Source of the DNA: an uncultured Prevotellaceae bacterium
Lineage (GTDB): Bacteria > Bacteroidota > Bacteroidia > Bacteroidales > Bacteroidaceae
Assembly: GCA_937902455.1 (NCBI GenBank)
Contig: CALELI010000144.1
Span: 1-55,737, forward strand
Direction: 5' to 3'
Length of the DNA stretch: 55,737 nucleotides
Below the pieces are notes generated by a model. It did not search any database, had not been told where the DNA came from, and worked only from the letters and a program-made list of their open reading frames with translations. Positions 36,135 to 46,100 of the stretch are shown piece by piece; position 1 is the first letter of the stretch; each line of letters begins with the position of its first letter. The position numbers and the translations under genes are program-made.

Positions 36135-39100
36135 ATGGGAAAAAAATTATGGTTGTTCATTGCTTGCACATTACTTTCTGCAAGTATGGCATTCGCCCAG
36201 ACACAAGTTTCAGGTACAATCGTATCTAAGACTGATGGAGAGCCAGTCATTGGCGCTGCTATCAAGGTTTTAGGCACATCTACCGGAACTACGTCAGACA
36301 TCAACGGACGCTTCAATCTCACTGTTCCTGCTGGTTCAAAGGAGGCTGAGGTATCTTATGTAGGTATGGCAACGCAGACAGTTGTTCTCAGGAACGGCAT
36401 GCGTATCGTCATGGAAGAGGACGTAAGAGCTCTTGACCAGGTAATGGTCATCGCTTACGGTACTCAGAAGAAGTCTGCTTTCACAGGATCTGCCGCAGTA
36501 GTAGGTGCTGAGGAAATCGGCAAGGTACAGGTAACAAACGCAGTAGACGCCTTGAAGGGTAAGGCCTCAGGTATCCAGATCAACACTTCATCTGGTCAGC
36601 CAGGCGAGACTCCTTCAATCCGTATCCGTGGTATCAACTCAATCTTCGCAGGTAGCGATCCGTTGATCGTTGTCGATGGTTCACCTTACGATGGTTCATT
36701 CAATGACATCAACCCTGCCGACGTAGAAAGCATGTCAGTGCTGAAGGATGCTGCTTCATCTGCACTCTACGGTGCACGTGGTGGTAACGGTGTCATCCTC
36801 ATCACTACTAAGGCCGGTAAGAAGGGCGAGAATGCAAAGATAACAGTCGATGCAAAGTGGGGTTCAAACTCTAAGGGTACTCCTGACTACAACACAATCT
36901 CTAACCCGGCACACTACTACGAATTGTGGTATACAGGTCTCAACAACTACGCACAGAATGTTCAGGGCATGGATCCTATGACTGCCTGGGCTTGGGCAAA
37001 CACAAACCTCATCGACGGTTCTCCTTACGGACTGGGATACAACGTATTCACAACTCCTGAAGGCCAGACTCTCATCGGTCAGAATGGTCGTCTGAACCCT
37101 AACGCAACTCTCGGTCGCTTTGTTCAGAACAATGGCGAGACTTACTTCATCACTCCAGATGACTGGACAGACGAGACTTACAAGAACAGTCTCCGCCAGG
37201 AATACACAGTGACAGCTACAGGTGCTACAGACAAGAGCACTTTCTATGCTTCTGCAAACTACCTCAAGAACGAAGGTATCACAGCCGCATCTGACTACGA
37301 GCGTTTCACAGCACGTCTGAAGGCTGACTATCAGATCAAGCCTTGGCTGAAGTTCATCGGTAACGTTTCTTACACTCACACTGACCGCAACTATCTGCAG
37401 GATGACGGTGAGGCAGGTTCTTCAGGCAACGCATTTGCGCTGACAAGCTCAATCGCACCAATCTATCCAATGTATATCCGCGATGCCAACGGTAACTTAA
37501 TCTATGACAAGGCATCTGGAATCAACCTCTACGACTTCGGTGACCGTTCAATCAATGGTCTCTATCGTCCTTACCTCACTCAGGCAAACCCTGTTGCAGG
37601 TAACCTCCTTGATGTGAACAACACAAATGGTAACGGATTCAACGGTACAGGTACTTTTGAAGTAACTCTCCCTTACGGATTCAAGTTCACTTCAATCAAC
37701 AATGTATATCTCCACGAAACTCGTCAGACAAACACTACTAACCCATTCTTCGGTCAGTATGCTTCTTCAAAGGGTATCGTCTACAAGTATCATACTCGTG
37801 CGTTCTCTCAGAACTATCAGCAGCGTCTCAACTGGCACCAGCTGTTCGGACTCCACGACATCGAAGTGATGGTTGGTCATGAAAGTTACGATTACGACTA
37901 TGCATATCTCTATGGTCATCGTACAAACCAGTTCTCACCAGACAACACAGAACTTGCAGGTGCAGTAATCGCTGTAACCAACAGTTCTTACACTGACGAA
38001 TACAACACAGAGTCATGGCTCAGCCGTGCAATGTACAACTACGATGAAAAGTACTTTGCATCAGTATCTCTCATGAAACAGGCATCTTCACGTTTCGCTA
38101 AGGACGGTGGCCGCTGGTGGGGTACATTCTGGTCAGCAGGTCTCGGATGGCTCATCAACAAGGAAAAGTGGTTCAACGCATCTTGGGTAGACGAACTGAA
38201 GCTCAAGGCATCTTACGGTGAAAACGGTAACGACCAGATCAGTGACTACCTCTACACAGGTCGCTATTCAATCGTGAACTCAAACGACGAAGTTTCAATC
38301 GTTCCTTCTACAACAATGGAGAACATCGACATCACTTGGGAAAAGAACGGTAAGTTCAATGCAGGTATTGACTTCTCTCTCTTCAACAGCCGTTTGACAG
38401 GTACAATCGAGTACTACCGCAACTCGACTAAGGACATGCTCTTCTCATTCCCTCTCCCTCCATCACTTGGCTACACAAGCTTCTATGACAACATCGGTGA
38501 CCTTATCAACTACGGTTTCGAGTTCGACCTCCACGGAGACATCATCCGCAACAAGGATTTCAACTGGTCAGCATACGTGAACTTGACAACAAATGCCAAT
38601 GAAATCACTCGTCTCCCAGAAGAGCGTAGAACCCAGCACCTCGCATGGGACAACGCTGACGGTTTCTCTTCAGGCAGTTTCTTCTATGCAGAAGGTTCTT
38701 CACGCTACACATACTATACAAAGGCATACGCAGGCGTCTGCAACCAGGAAGATGTTGATGCTTCTGATGGAAAATTGACAAGCGCTGACCTTGGTAAGGC
38801 TATGTACTGGAAGACTATCTATCTGACAGACGAGTCAGGCAACCAGCTTGACGAAGACGGCAACAAGGTTGCTGATTCAGGCAAGAATGCAGTTGCTATC
38901 GGCAGGGAAAAGACTGTGAACGGTGGTGAATCAGACTACTACCTCGCAGGCGATGTATTGCCAGACGTATATGGCGGTTTCGGAACTTCTCTCACATACA
39001 AGGGATTCGACTTCTCAGTTGACTTCCAGTATCAGCTCGGCGGTAAGGTCTACGACGGAACTTATGCAAGCCTCATGGGTGTTGATCCAGGTCATGCATT

Positions 39101-39440
39101 CTCTCCAGACATCCTCGGTGCATGGACTCCAGAGAATACTAACTCAAATATTCCTCGTCTCCAGTACAACGACACTTACATGAACTACGGTAGTGACAGA
39201 TTCCTCACTAACGCTTCCTATCTCTCACTTGCTAACATCACAGTTGGTTACACTCTTCCAAAGAATGTAGTTTCAAAGCTTGGTCTTGGCAATGTAAGAG
39301 TATACGCTGTAGCAGACAATATCTACACTTGGTCAAAGCGTAAGGGTCTTGATCCTCGCCAGAGCATCACTGGTGGTGCTACAGGTGCAATCTATTCTTC
39401 TATACGTACGATTTCCGGTGGTATTTCAATTACATTCTAA
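36135..39440 (+). CDS. SusC/RagA family TonB-linked outer membrane protein
   Basis: 1101 aa with a signal peptide, a carboxypeptidase-regulatory-like domain (VSGTIVSKTDGEPVIGAAIKV), a plug (VIAYGTQKK) and a beta-barrel ending ...ISITF. Confidence 0.95.
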   Translation: MGKKLWLFIACTLLSASMAFAQTQVSGTIVSKTDGEPVIGAAIKVLGTSTGTTSDINGRFNLTVPAGSKEAEVSYVGMATQTVVLRNGMRIVMEEDVRALDQVMVIAYGTQKKSAFTGSAAVVGAEEIGKVQVTNAVDALKGKASGIQINTSSGQPGETPSIRIRGINSIFAGSDPLIVVDGSPYDGSFNDINPADVESMSVLKDAASSALYGARGGNGVILITTKAGKKGENAKITVDAKWGSNSKGTPDYNTISNPAHYYELWYTGLNNYAQNVQGMDPMTAWAWANTNLIDGSPYGLGYNVFTTPEGQTLIGQNGRLNPNATLGRFVQNNGETYFITPDDWTDETYKNSLRQEYTVTATGATDKSTFYASANYLKNEGITAASDYERFTARLKADYQIKPWLKFIGNVSYTHTDRNYLQDDGEAGSSGNAFALTSSIAPIYPMYIRDANGNLIYDKASGINLYDFGDRSINGLYRPYLTQANPVAGNLLDVNNTNGNGFNGTGTFEVTLPYGFKFTSINNVYLHETRQTNTTNPFFGQYASSKGIVYKYHTRAFSQNYQQRLNWHQLFGLHDIEVMVGHESYDYDYAYLYGHRTNQFSPDNTELAGAVIAVTNSSYTDEYNTESWLSRAMYNYDEKYFASVSLMKQASSRFAKDGGRWWGTFWSAGLGWLINKEKWFNASWVDELKLKASYGENGNDQISDYLYTGRYSIVNSNDEVSIVPSTTMENIDITWEKNGKFNAGIDFSLFNSRLTGTIEYYRNSTKDMLFSFPLPPSLGYTSFYDNIGDLINYGFEFDLHGDIIRNKDFNWSAYVNLTTNANEITRLPEERRTQHLAWDNADGFSSGSFFYAEGSSRYTYYTKAYAGVCNQEDVDASDGKLTSADLGKAMYWKTIYLTDESGNQLDEDGNKVADSGKNAVAIGREKTVNGGESDYYLAGDVLPDVYGGFGTSLTYKGFDFSVDFQYQLGGKVYDGTYASLMGVDPGHAFSPDILGAWTPENTNSNIPRLQYNDTYMNYGSDRFLTNASYLSLANITVGYTLPKNVVSKLGLGNVRVYAVADNIYTWSKRKGLDPRQSITGGATGAIYSSIRTISGGISITF

Positions 39441-39460
39441 AAACATAGGAGGAAACATAT

Positions 39461-41116
39461 ATGAAATTAAATAAATATTTATTGATAGCTGCAGCAACCT
39501 TGACTCTCGGTTTGACGACATCCTGTATTGACGAGGTTGAACCAACTGACGGTGCAATCACAGAACAGGTACAGAAATCCCCTGCTGCTGCAAAGGCCAT
39601 GCTCATGGCAATGCCTGCATACGAGAACGAAATCTGGATGACAGGTTACAATAGCAACTGGCACAACTGCTTCGGCTATGCTGCTATGATGCACATCCGT
39701 AACGTGATGGGTGCAGACCTTACTAATAATAACGGTGACGGCTACGGTTCTCACTTCTACTACTGGGCTCGTAACAAGTCAATGGATGAAGGCAAGATGT
39801 TCGGCCAGTTCATCTGGAACTACTATTACGGATTCCTTATGACAGTCAACACTCTCGTTGGAAGCGTAAACCCTGAGGCAGCAACGGAAGAGCAACTCGG
39901 CTACTATGGTGCCGGTCTTGCATTCCGCGCAATGCTCTATCTCGACCTTGCCCGTATGTACGAATACCTCCCTACAGACGGTACTTCAAACATCAACAAG
40001 GAAGGCAACGACGTTACAAACCGTACAGTGCCTATCGTAAAGGATGGCATGAGCGTTGAAGCGGCTCGCTTCAACCCACGCGCAACTCGCGACTCTATGT
40101 ACAACTTCATCGCTGAAGACCTCGCAATGGCAGAGAAGTGCATCGTTTATCTCGAGGATACAAAGGGTAAGGTTCTTCCTGACCTCGGCTGTGTCTACGG
40201 ACTCGAAGCTCGTCTGAATATGTGGGTAGAGAAGTACGACCTCGCAAAGGAATATGCTCGCAAGGCTATCGACGCTTCAAACGGACATGTAATGTCAATG
40301 GCTGAATGTCTTGATGTCACTACAGGCTTCAACACAGCTGCTCCTTGGATGTGGGCTTCACAGCTTACTTCTGAATCCGACCCAGTGAAGACTGGTATCA
40401 TCAACTGGATTTCATGGATGTCAAACGAGACCACATTCGGATACAAGGGCGTCGGAACAGGTATGTACACTTGTATCGACAAGAACGCTTACGAGCGTAT
40501 TGGCGATGACGACTTCCGTAAGGCAATGTTCAAGGCTCCTGCAGACCGTCCTGACCTTGGAGCAAAGAATGTATATCTCATTCCAGAACTTGCAACATAC
40601 GATGAGAGCAGCCAGTTCTACATGCCTCCTTACGCATCACTCAAGTTCCGCCCTGCACAGGGTAACCCTGATGACTATTCTACAGGTGCTGCATGTGCAT
40701 ACCCTCTCATGCGTGTCGAGGAAATGTACTTCATCGAGGCAGAGGCTGCAGCTCATCTTAATCCTGCAGAAGGTCTTGCTCTCGTGACAGACTTCATGAA
40801 GACTTATCGTAACCCACAGTATTCTCCAAAGGCAGAAGGCAAGGATGCAATCGTTGACGAGATCTACTTCCAGAAGAGTATCGAACTCTGGGGCGAAGGT
40901 CAGTCATTCTTCGACGTCAAGCGTCTCGACAAGCCAGTGCTCCGTGGATATCCTGGTACAAACTGGGGTGATGACCTTACTCGTCTCAACTCTACAAGAC
41001 GTCCTGCATGGATGAACATCGTTATCGTTCAGACAGAGAAAAACAACAATAAGGCTCTCGTAGGCTGGAACAACCCAGATCCGACAGATTGCTATACTCC
41101 TTGGGTTGAACAATAA
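39461..41116 (+). CDS. SusD/RagB family nutrient-binding outer membrane lipoprotein
   Basis: 551 aa with lipobox LGLTTSC, immediately downstream of the SusC-like gene. TPR-like SusD features are present (E.YFI.AEA, ELWGEGQSFFD.KR). Confidence 0.92.
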   Translation: MKLNKYLLIAAATLTLGLTTSCIDEVEPTDGAITEQVQKSPAAAKAMLMAMPAYENEIWMTGYNSNWHNCFGYAAMMHIRNVMGADLTNNNGDGYGSHFYYWARNKSMDEGKMFGQFIWNYYYGFLMTVNTLVGSVNPEAATEEQLGYYGAGLAFRAMLYLDLARMYEYLPTDGTSNINKEGNDVTNRTVPIVKDGMSVEAARFNPRATRDSMYNFIAEDLAMAEKCIVYLEDTKGKVLPDLGCVYGLEARLNMWVEKYDLAKEYARKAIDASNGHVMSMAECLDVTTGFNTAAPWMWASQLTSESDPVKTGIINWISWMSNETTFGYKGVGTGMYTCIDKNAYERIGDDDFRKAMFKAPADRPDLGAKNVYLIPELATYDESSQFYMPPYASLKFRPAQGNPDDYSTGAACAYPLMRVEEMYFIEAEAAAHLNPAEGLALVTDFMKTYRNPQYSPKAEGKDAIVDEIYFQKSIELWGEGQSFFDVKRLDKPVLRGYPGTNWGDDLTRLNSTRRPAWMNIVIVQTEKNNNKALVGWNNPDPTDCYTPWVEQ

Positions 41117-41136
41117 TTAAAAAAACAGTAACTATT

Positions 41137-42978
41137 ATGAATAAAATATTTAATTATACATTGTTGGCTCTTCTGGCAGTTATTACTTTCGGAGTGAGCT
41201 CATGTCAGAGCGAAGACGGAGACTATAGTCCTGTTGCTCCAGAGGAGAACATGAAGGCTTATTTCCCACAGCAGGCACAGTCAGTTGAACTCCTGACAGA
41301 CCAGAATCTGGTTTCTGTACCATTGTACATTGGACAAGCAGAAGGCGAAACTGTCGTGGACGTAAAACTTACAGATCCATCAGGTCTCTTCTCTCTCAAG
41401 AGTAATAAGGTAACATTCGCAGATACCGTATCTACAGCTAATGTTGACGTAGTCTTCGACTTCAGCAAGATTCAGCCTGACACTGAATACAAGATTGAAC
41501 TTGCTGTCGCAGATTCTGCAGTTCAGACTCTCTACGGATACGCCTCAACTACATTAACCCTCAAGTATGCTCCTTGGAGTGCATGGGCACCATGGGGTAA
41601 AGGTAAGGGAGACTATACTTACACACAGTACTGGTCAGGTGTTGACCCAGGTCTTAATATCTTCTATCGCGAATCACTCATCCCAGGAAGCACACAGGCT
41701 CAGTTCCGTATCGACAACTGGGGTGGCGGCGTGCCACTGTACATCGACTATGACAAGGCTACTGGCGATTGCTATGTATACGAACAGTTCACAGGTGTAC
41801 ACTCTTCTAACTATGACGAAGACATCATGGTAGGCGATATCCCGACATGGCAGGGTAACGAGGCTCTCCGCCCAGGCTATCCTTCATGGTATGATGCCGA
41901 GACAGGTACATTCTATCTCAATCTTGCTTACTACATCAGTCTTGGTTCATTCGGTTATGGTATGGAAACATTCCAGTGCGACGGATTCTATCAGCCAGAC
42001 TATAATGTCTACATGAACTATCAGGGCGCATACAAGGATACTAAGGACAAGACAGGTGCAATCGTCAGCTTCACAAAGGGTGTCGACGTTGCTTCCTACA
42101 AGTACCTCATCCTTGAAGGTGCTTATGGCGAAGACCAGGCAGAAGCAATCGCAACAGTCATCGATACTGACGAGGAAGGACAGTTTGGCGCTATCGCATC
42201 AGACGAAGACGGCACTAAGCTCATCGAACTCGAAGCAAACGGCAAGTACACAGTTGCAACTGCAAACTACGATGCTGACGGCAATCTCGTAGGTGGAAGT
42301 GTCTGCACATTCGTTTACGAAGCTCCAGGCGGTGCTAAGTGGGAATCAATCGGCCTGTGCAAGTACACAGATGACCTCATCGGCCCTCTCTTCGAGGCTG
42401 AGCCTATATCATACGATGTAGAAGTCAGAGTTAAGGCTGACAAGCCAGGTATCTACCGTATGGTCAACCCTTACGGTGCAACATACCCTTACAATAAAGA
42501 AGGTGACTATGATGCATCACAGGATTACTTCATCGACATCAACGCAGTAGATCCAGAAGGCGTTTACATCGAAGAACAGGCAACTGGATGTGACTGGGGT
42601 TATGGTAACATGACAATCATGTCAATGGGTTACTACTATATGGCTGCTGGCAATCCATTTGAGGCTGTCAAGGCTGCCGGATACATGGGAACTCTTAAGG
42701 ACAACGTAATCACATTCCCAGTTAAGGGTATGTTGGTAGGAGATGATGACGGAAAGTACTATGCTAACCAGAATGGTGCATTCTCGCTCAACCTCAATCC
42801 TGCAAATGCTAAGGCAAGAGCTGCAAAGGCTCATGTAAGCATCAGCAAGGCACACAAGGCTGGCAAGTCTGACCTCAAGATGCCTGAGTACAGAAAGGCT
42901 GCAAATGTCCATGTTTACAAGATTTCTCGTGAACAGGCATGGAAGGGTCTCCAACTTCGCAAGGACGTGAAGTTGTAA
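41137..42978 (+). CDS. PUL-encoded surface lipoprotein. It shares a ~400-aa module with the downstream C10 protease and has a basic C-terminal tail.
   Basis: 613 aa with lipobox ITFGVSSC. Colinear similarity to residues ~505-905 of 43113..45977 (e.g. YIEEQATGCDWGYGNMTIMSMGYY vs YIEEQKTGCDWGYGNMIIMSMGYY). Confidence 0.8.
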   Translation: MNKIFNYTLLALLAVITFGVSSCQSEDGDYSPVAPEENMKAYFPQQAQSVELLTDQNLVSVPLYIGQAEGETVVDVKLTDPSGLFSLKSNKVTFADTVSTANVDVVFDFSKIQPDTEYKIELAVADSAVQTLYGYASTTLTLKYAPWSAWAPWGKGKGDYTYTQYWSGVDPGLNIFYRESLIPGSTQAQFRIDNWGGGVPLYIDYDKATGDCYVYEQFTGVHSSNYDEDIMVGDIPTWQGNEALRPGYPSWYDAETGTFYLNLAYYISLGSFGYGMETFQCDGFYQPDYNVYMNYQGAYKDTKDKTGAIVSFTKGVDVASYKYLILEGAYGEDQAEAIATVIDTDEEGQFGAIASDEDGTKLIELEANGKYTVATANYDADGNLVGGSVCTFVYEAPGGAKWESIGLCKYTDDLIGPLFEAEPISYDVEVRVKADKPGIYRMVNPYGATYPYNKEGDYDASQDYFIDINAVDPEGVYIEEQATGCDWGYGNMTIMSMGYYYMAAGNPFEAVKAAGYMGTLKDNVITFPVKGMLVGDDDGKYYANQNGAFSLNLNPANAKARAAKAHVSISKAHKAGKSDLKMPEYRKAANVHVYKISREQAWKGLQLRKDVKL

Positions 42979-43067
42979 TCCTACACCTTATATATATAAA
43001 GGAGGATGCTCGCATGAGTGTCCTCTTTTTTAATGAAGAGAATGACGTATTATTCATTATTTTTCCG

Positions 43068-43075
43068 TAACTTTG
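43068..43075 (+). promoter_or_regulatory. Candidate -7 box TAACTTTG for the C10-LRR gene
   Basis: ccgtaactttgcagat lies 38 nt before the ATG. It is preceded by an imperfect hairpin plus T6 run near 43003-43030. Confidence 0.5.
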
Positions 43076-43112
43076 CAGATTAGAATAATGTAACAATAAC
43101 AAAATAACAATT

Positions 43113-45977
43113 ATGCGCAAAGTATTACTCATTATTGCCACACTGTTCATTGCGTGTGGCGTACAGGCAAAGAAGATCAAGGTTCAGGATGCAGAGCTGA
43201 TAGCACGTCAGTTCGTTGCCGGCAATAGTGCCCGACCACTGGATCTCGCCTACACATTCTCTACGGGAGACAAGCCGGATCTCTACATCTTCAACAAGTC
43301 GTCAAGGGACGGATTCGTTGTTATCGCTGCTGATGACGTGGCCGATAACCTCGTACTGGGATATTCCGACAGAAGTCTCTTCGACAAGGATGACATTCCG
43401 GAAAACCTCAGATGGTGGCTGGGAGAGTATCAGAAGCAGGTTAACCATGCCCGCGAGAAAGGCTACAAGTCTTCTTCACGCAAGAGTGGCAGGAAGTCGG
43501 ACAACATTGTCGTTGCTCCGCTGCTCGGCAATCTTGCATGGGGTCAGGGTGCACCATACAACAACCTCTGCCCTATGGATGGCAAGAGTCACAGTGTGAC
43601 AGGTTGTGTGGCTACCGCAATGGCACAGATTATGTACTACAATAAATGGCCACTCAAGGGAAAGGGCAACCATTCCTATGTATGGAAAGGCGATACAATA
43701 AGTGTCGACTTCAGCAAGTCGGTGTACGACTATTCCAAGATGAAACTGACCTACGACACATACACCGAGGAGCAGGCAAATGCAGTTGCAGTGCTGATGC
43801 GCGACTGTGGTGTCAGCATCAACATGCAGTACTCAGCTACTAGCAGCGGTGCCTATGATGTGGATGTTCCAAAAGCACTGACGACATACTTCGACTATAG
43901 TCAGTCAGTAAAGTTACTGGACCGTTCTGAGTATAAGACTATGGATGAGCAGTGGGAGAACACAATCCGTAAGGAACTCGATGAACGCAGGGTTGTCTAT
44001 TATTCCGGTCAGGGTGATGCCGGAGGTCATGCCTTTGTGTGCGATGGATATAAGGACAACGGCTTCTTCCACTTCAACTTCGGATGGTCGGGCGGCAGCA
44101 ACGGATATTTCGTTACCAAGGCAATCACAACCTCTTCTGGATCGTTTAACCTGAATCAGATGATCATCATAGGACTCAAGTCGAAGAACAAGCAGAAAGT
44201 GGGTAGCCTCTATTACAGCATTTCAGGTGAGAGTAGCGTTGCCGTCCAGAGTCCTGACACTCCGTCGGAATATTCAGGCGACATGATAGTTCCGGCATCA
44301 GTCACTATCGATGGCAAGAACTATCAGGTCACTGAACTCTCCGCATACGCATTCAACGGGACGGATATAACTACTCTCCATATTCCTTCATCCGTGACAA
44401 TCATCGGTTCGGGAGCCATTGCCGGCTGCAAGAGCCTCAGGAACATTGTGGCAGAATGGACTTCTCCGGAAAACGTGAACATGACCAACGATGCACTCGG
44501 CGACGATATATACTACAGTGTCCTTCTGACAGTTCCTGCCGGATGTATTGAGACCTATTGCAATACTGCCCCATGGTGGCTGTTCTCCACAATAAAGGAC
44601 ACGAAGGGCGAGTCTGTCACATTCTCCTCATGGAAGGATTTCTATGCCGGTACAGGTACGTTCTACTATAGTGCAGCACTGAGTGGACAGGATCCAGGAC
44701 TGTCAATCCAGTATCGTGAGAACACAGCCGACCCTGATCAGCAGCAGATTATCATCGCCAACTGGGGAGGTGGAGTCAACCTGATGATAAAGTACGACAA
44801 GGCTAATGACCGTTATGTCGTTCCACGCCAGAACTCGAAGATCTCGTCCAGCGTTGGTGATGTCTACGTGGCCGACATGCCGACAGCATATCCTGACCAG
44901 TACACGTATGAAACCTGTCCGAACACATACGATGCCAAGAAAGGACAGCTCTGGCTGTATCTGGCTTACACAGACATTAATAAAGAGATTAACTTTGGCT
45001 ATGGGCAGGAACTGTTCCAGCTCGACGGCTATCCGGACTATTCCGTCAGCGTGGAGACAAAGACCCTGACGGAGCAGTCCGACGGTTCTGCATTCCAGCT
45101 TACGAGCTTCGAATGGGGCGAAGGCATCACGACTGTGAAATATGCACTTGTTCCGGAGCACATCACGAGATATGATCAGCTTGATGAATGTATTGCCGGT
45201 ATGCTCGACGGTACTATCGAGACAAAGACAGTATCGGAGAGAATGAAGAACCGTACGGTCATCACCCTTCCGCACGAAGGTAAGTATACCATTATCGCAA
45301 TCGGGTTCGATAAGGATGGGGAATACACCTCCTATGATTTATGCACCGTCACATTCTCAAGTGCTGCTTCATGGGTTGCCATCGGACAGGCAACATACAC
45401 CGATGACATCATCGGTTCTCTCTTCGGCATGGATCCAGTCACATACAAGGTCGACATGGAAGCCAGCACCGTCACTCCTGGAGTCTACAGGATGAAATAC
45501 CCGTACGGTCCGACATACCCATACAACGAGGATGGCGACTATGCTGCAGGCAAGACCTATGACATAGTCATCAATGCGTCCGACCCCGACTGCGTCTACA
45601 TCGAAGAGCAGAAGACCGGATGTGACTGGGGATACGGCAACATGATCATCATGTCAATGGGCTATTATGATGTGGCATACCAAGGCTACGACTGGGCACA
45701 GGTCAAGGCCGAAGGACAAGGAGGCCAGCTGAAGGACAATGTCATCACGTTCCCTGCTTATGGCATAGTAGTTGTACTCAATGACGGTGCCTATTATGCC
45801 AACAGAAATGCTGGGTTTGCACTCGACCTCACAGGAACCCATATTCCTGATGCCATTGAGGATAACCTTGCAACCCGCACCGCCACAGCCGTCACCTACA
45901 ACCTCCAGGGCCAGCAGGTCGATGGCGGCTACAAGGGCATCGTCATCCAGAACGGCAAGAAGATGCTGAAACGATAA
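43113..45977 (+). CDS. Multidomain C10 cysteine peptidase: pro-domain, C10 catalytic domain, BspA-type LRR, module shared with 41137..42978, and T9SS sorting domain
   Basis: 954 aa. The Cys context is [18 protein letters not shown] and the His context is GGHAFVCDGYKDNGFFHFNFGWSG. The LRR region is ...NYQVTELSAYAFNGTDITTLHIPSSVTIIGSGAIAGCKSL. The CTD is ...AVTYNLQGQQVDGGYKGIVIQNGKKMLKR. Confidence 0.88.
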   Translation: MRKVLLIIATLFIACGVQAKKIKVQDAELIARQFVAGNSARPLDLAYTFSTGDKPDLYIFNKSSRDGFVVIAADDVADNLVLGYSDRSLFDKDDIPENLRWWLGEYQKQVNHAREKGYKSSSRKSGRKSDNIVVAPLLGNLAWGQGAPYNNLCPMDGKSHSVTGCVATAMAQIMYYNKWPLKGKGNHSYVWKGDTISVDFSKSVYDYSKMKLTYDTYTEEQANAVAVLMRDCGVSINMQYSATSSGAYDVDVPKALTTYFDYSQSVKLLDRSEYKTMDEQWENTIRKELDERRVVYYSGQGDAGGHAFVCDGYKDNGFFHFNFGWSGGSNGYFVTKAITTSSGSFNLNQMIIIGLKSKNKQKVGSLYYSISGESSVAVQSPDTPSEYSGDMIVPASVTIDGKNYQVTELSAYAFNGTDITTLHIPSSVTIIGSGAIAGCKSLRNIVAEWTSPENVNMTNDALGDDIYYSVLLTVPAGCIETYCNTAPWWLFSTIKDTKGESVTFSSWKDFYAGTGTFYYSAALSGQDPGLSIQYRENTADPDQQQIIIANWGGGVNLMIKYDKANDRYVVPRQNSKISSSVGDVYVADMPTAYPDQYTYETCPNTYDAKKGQLWLYLAYTDINKEINFGYGQELFQLDGYPDYSVSVETKTLTEQSDGSAFQLTSFEWGEGITTVKYALVPEHITRYDQLDECIAGMLDGTIETKTVSERMKNRTVITLPHEGKYTIIAIGFDKDGEYTSYDLCTVTFSSAASWVAIGQATYTDDIIGSLFGMDPVTYKVDMEASTVTPGVYRMKYPYGPTYPYNEDGDYAAGKTYDIVINASDPDCVYIEEQKTGCDWGYGNMIIMSMGYYDVAYQGYDWAQVKAEGQGGQLKDNVITFPAYGIVVVLNDGAYYANRNAGFALDLTGTHIPDAIEDNLATRTATAVTYNLQGQQVDGGYKGIVIQNGKKMLKR

Positions 45978-45989
45978 CAGATTATAAGG

Positions 45990-46016
45990 AAAAAGCAGTC
46001 ATACGGCTGCTTTTTC
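45990..46016 (+). terminator. Terminator-like hairpin after the C10-LRR gene
   Basis: aaaaagcag...ctgcttttt flanked by A and T runs. Confidence 0.5.
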
Positions 46017-46050
46017 CTTTACTCTTGTGCACATATCCAAAAATATTTTA

Positions 46051-46058
46051 TACCTTTG
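46051..46058 (+). promoter_or_regulatory. Candidate -7 box TACCTTTG for the 1335-aa gene
   Basis: TAnnTTTG match 43 nt upstream of the ATG at 46101. Confidence 0.45.
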
Positions 46059-46100
46059 CACCCGACTACTAATTATATACTTTTATTAATGTTCAAGCTT

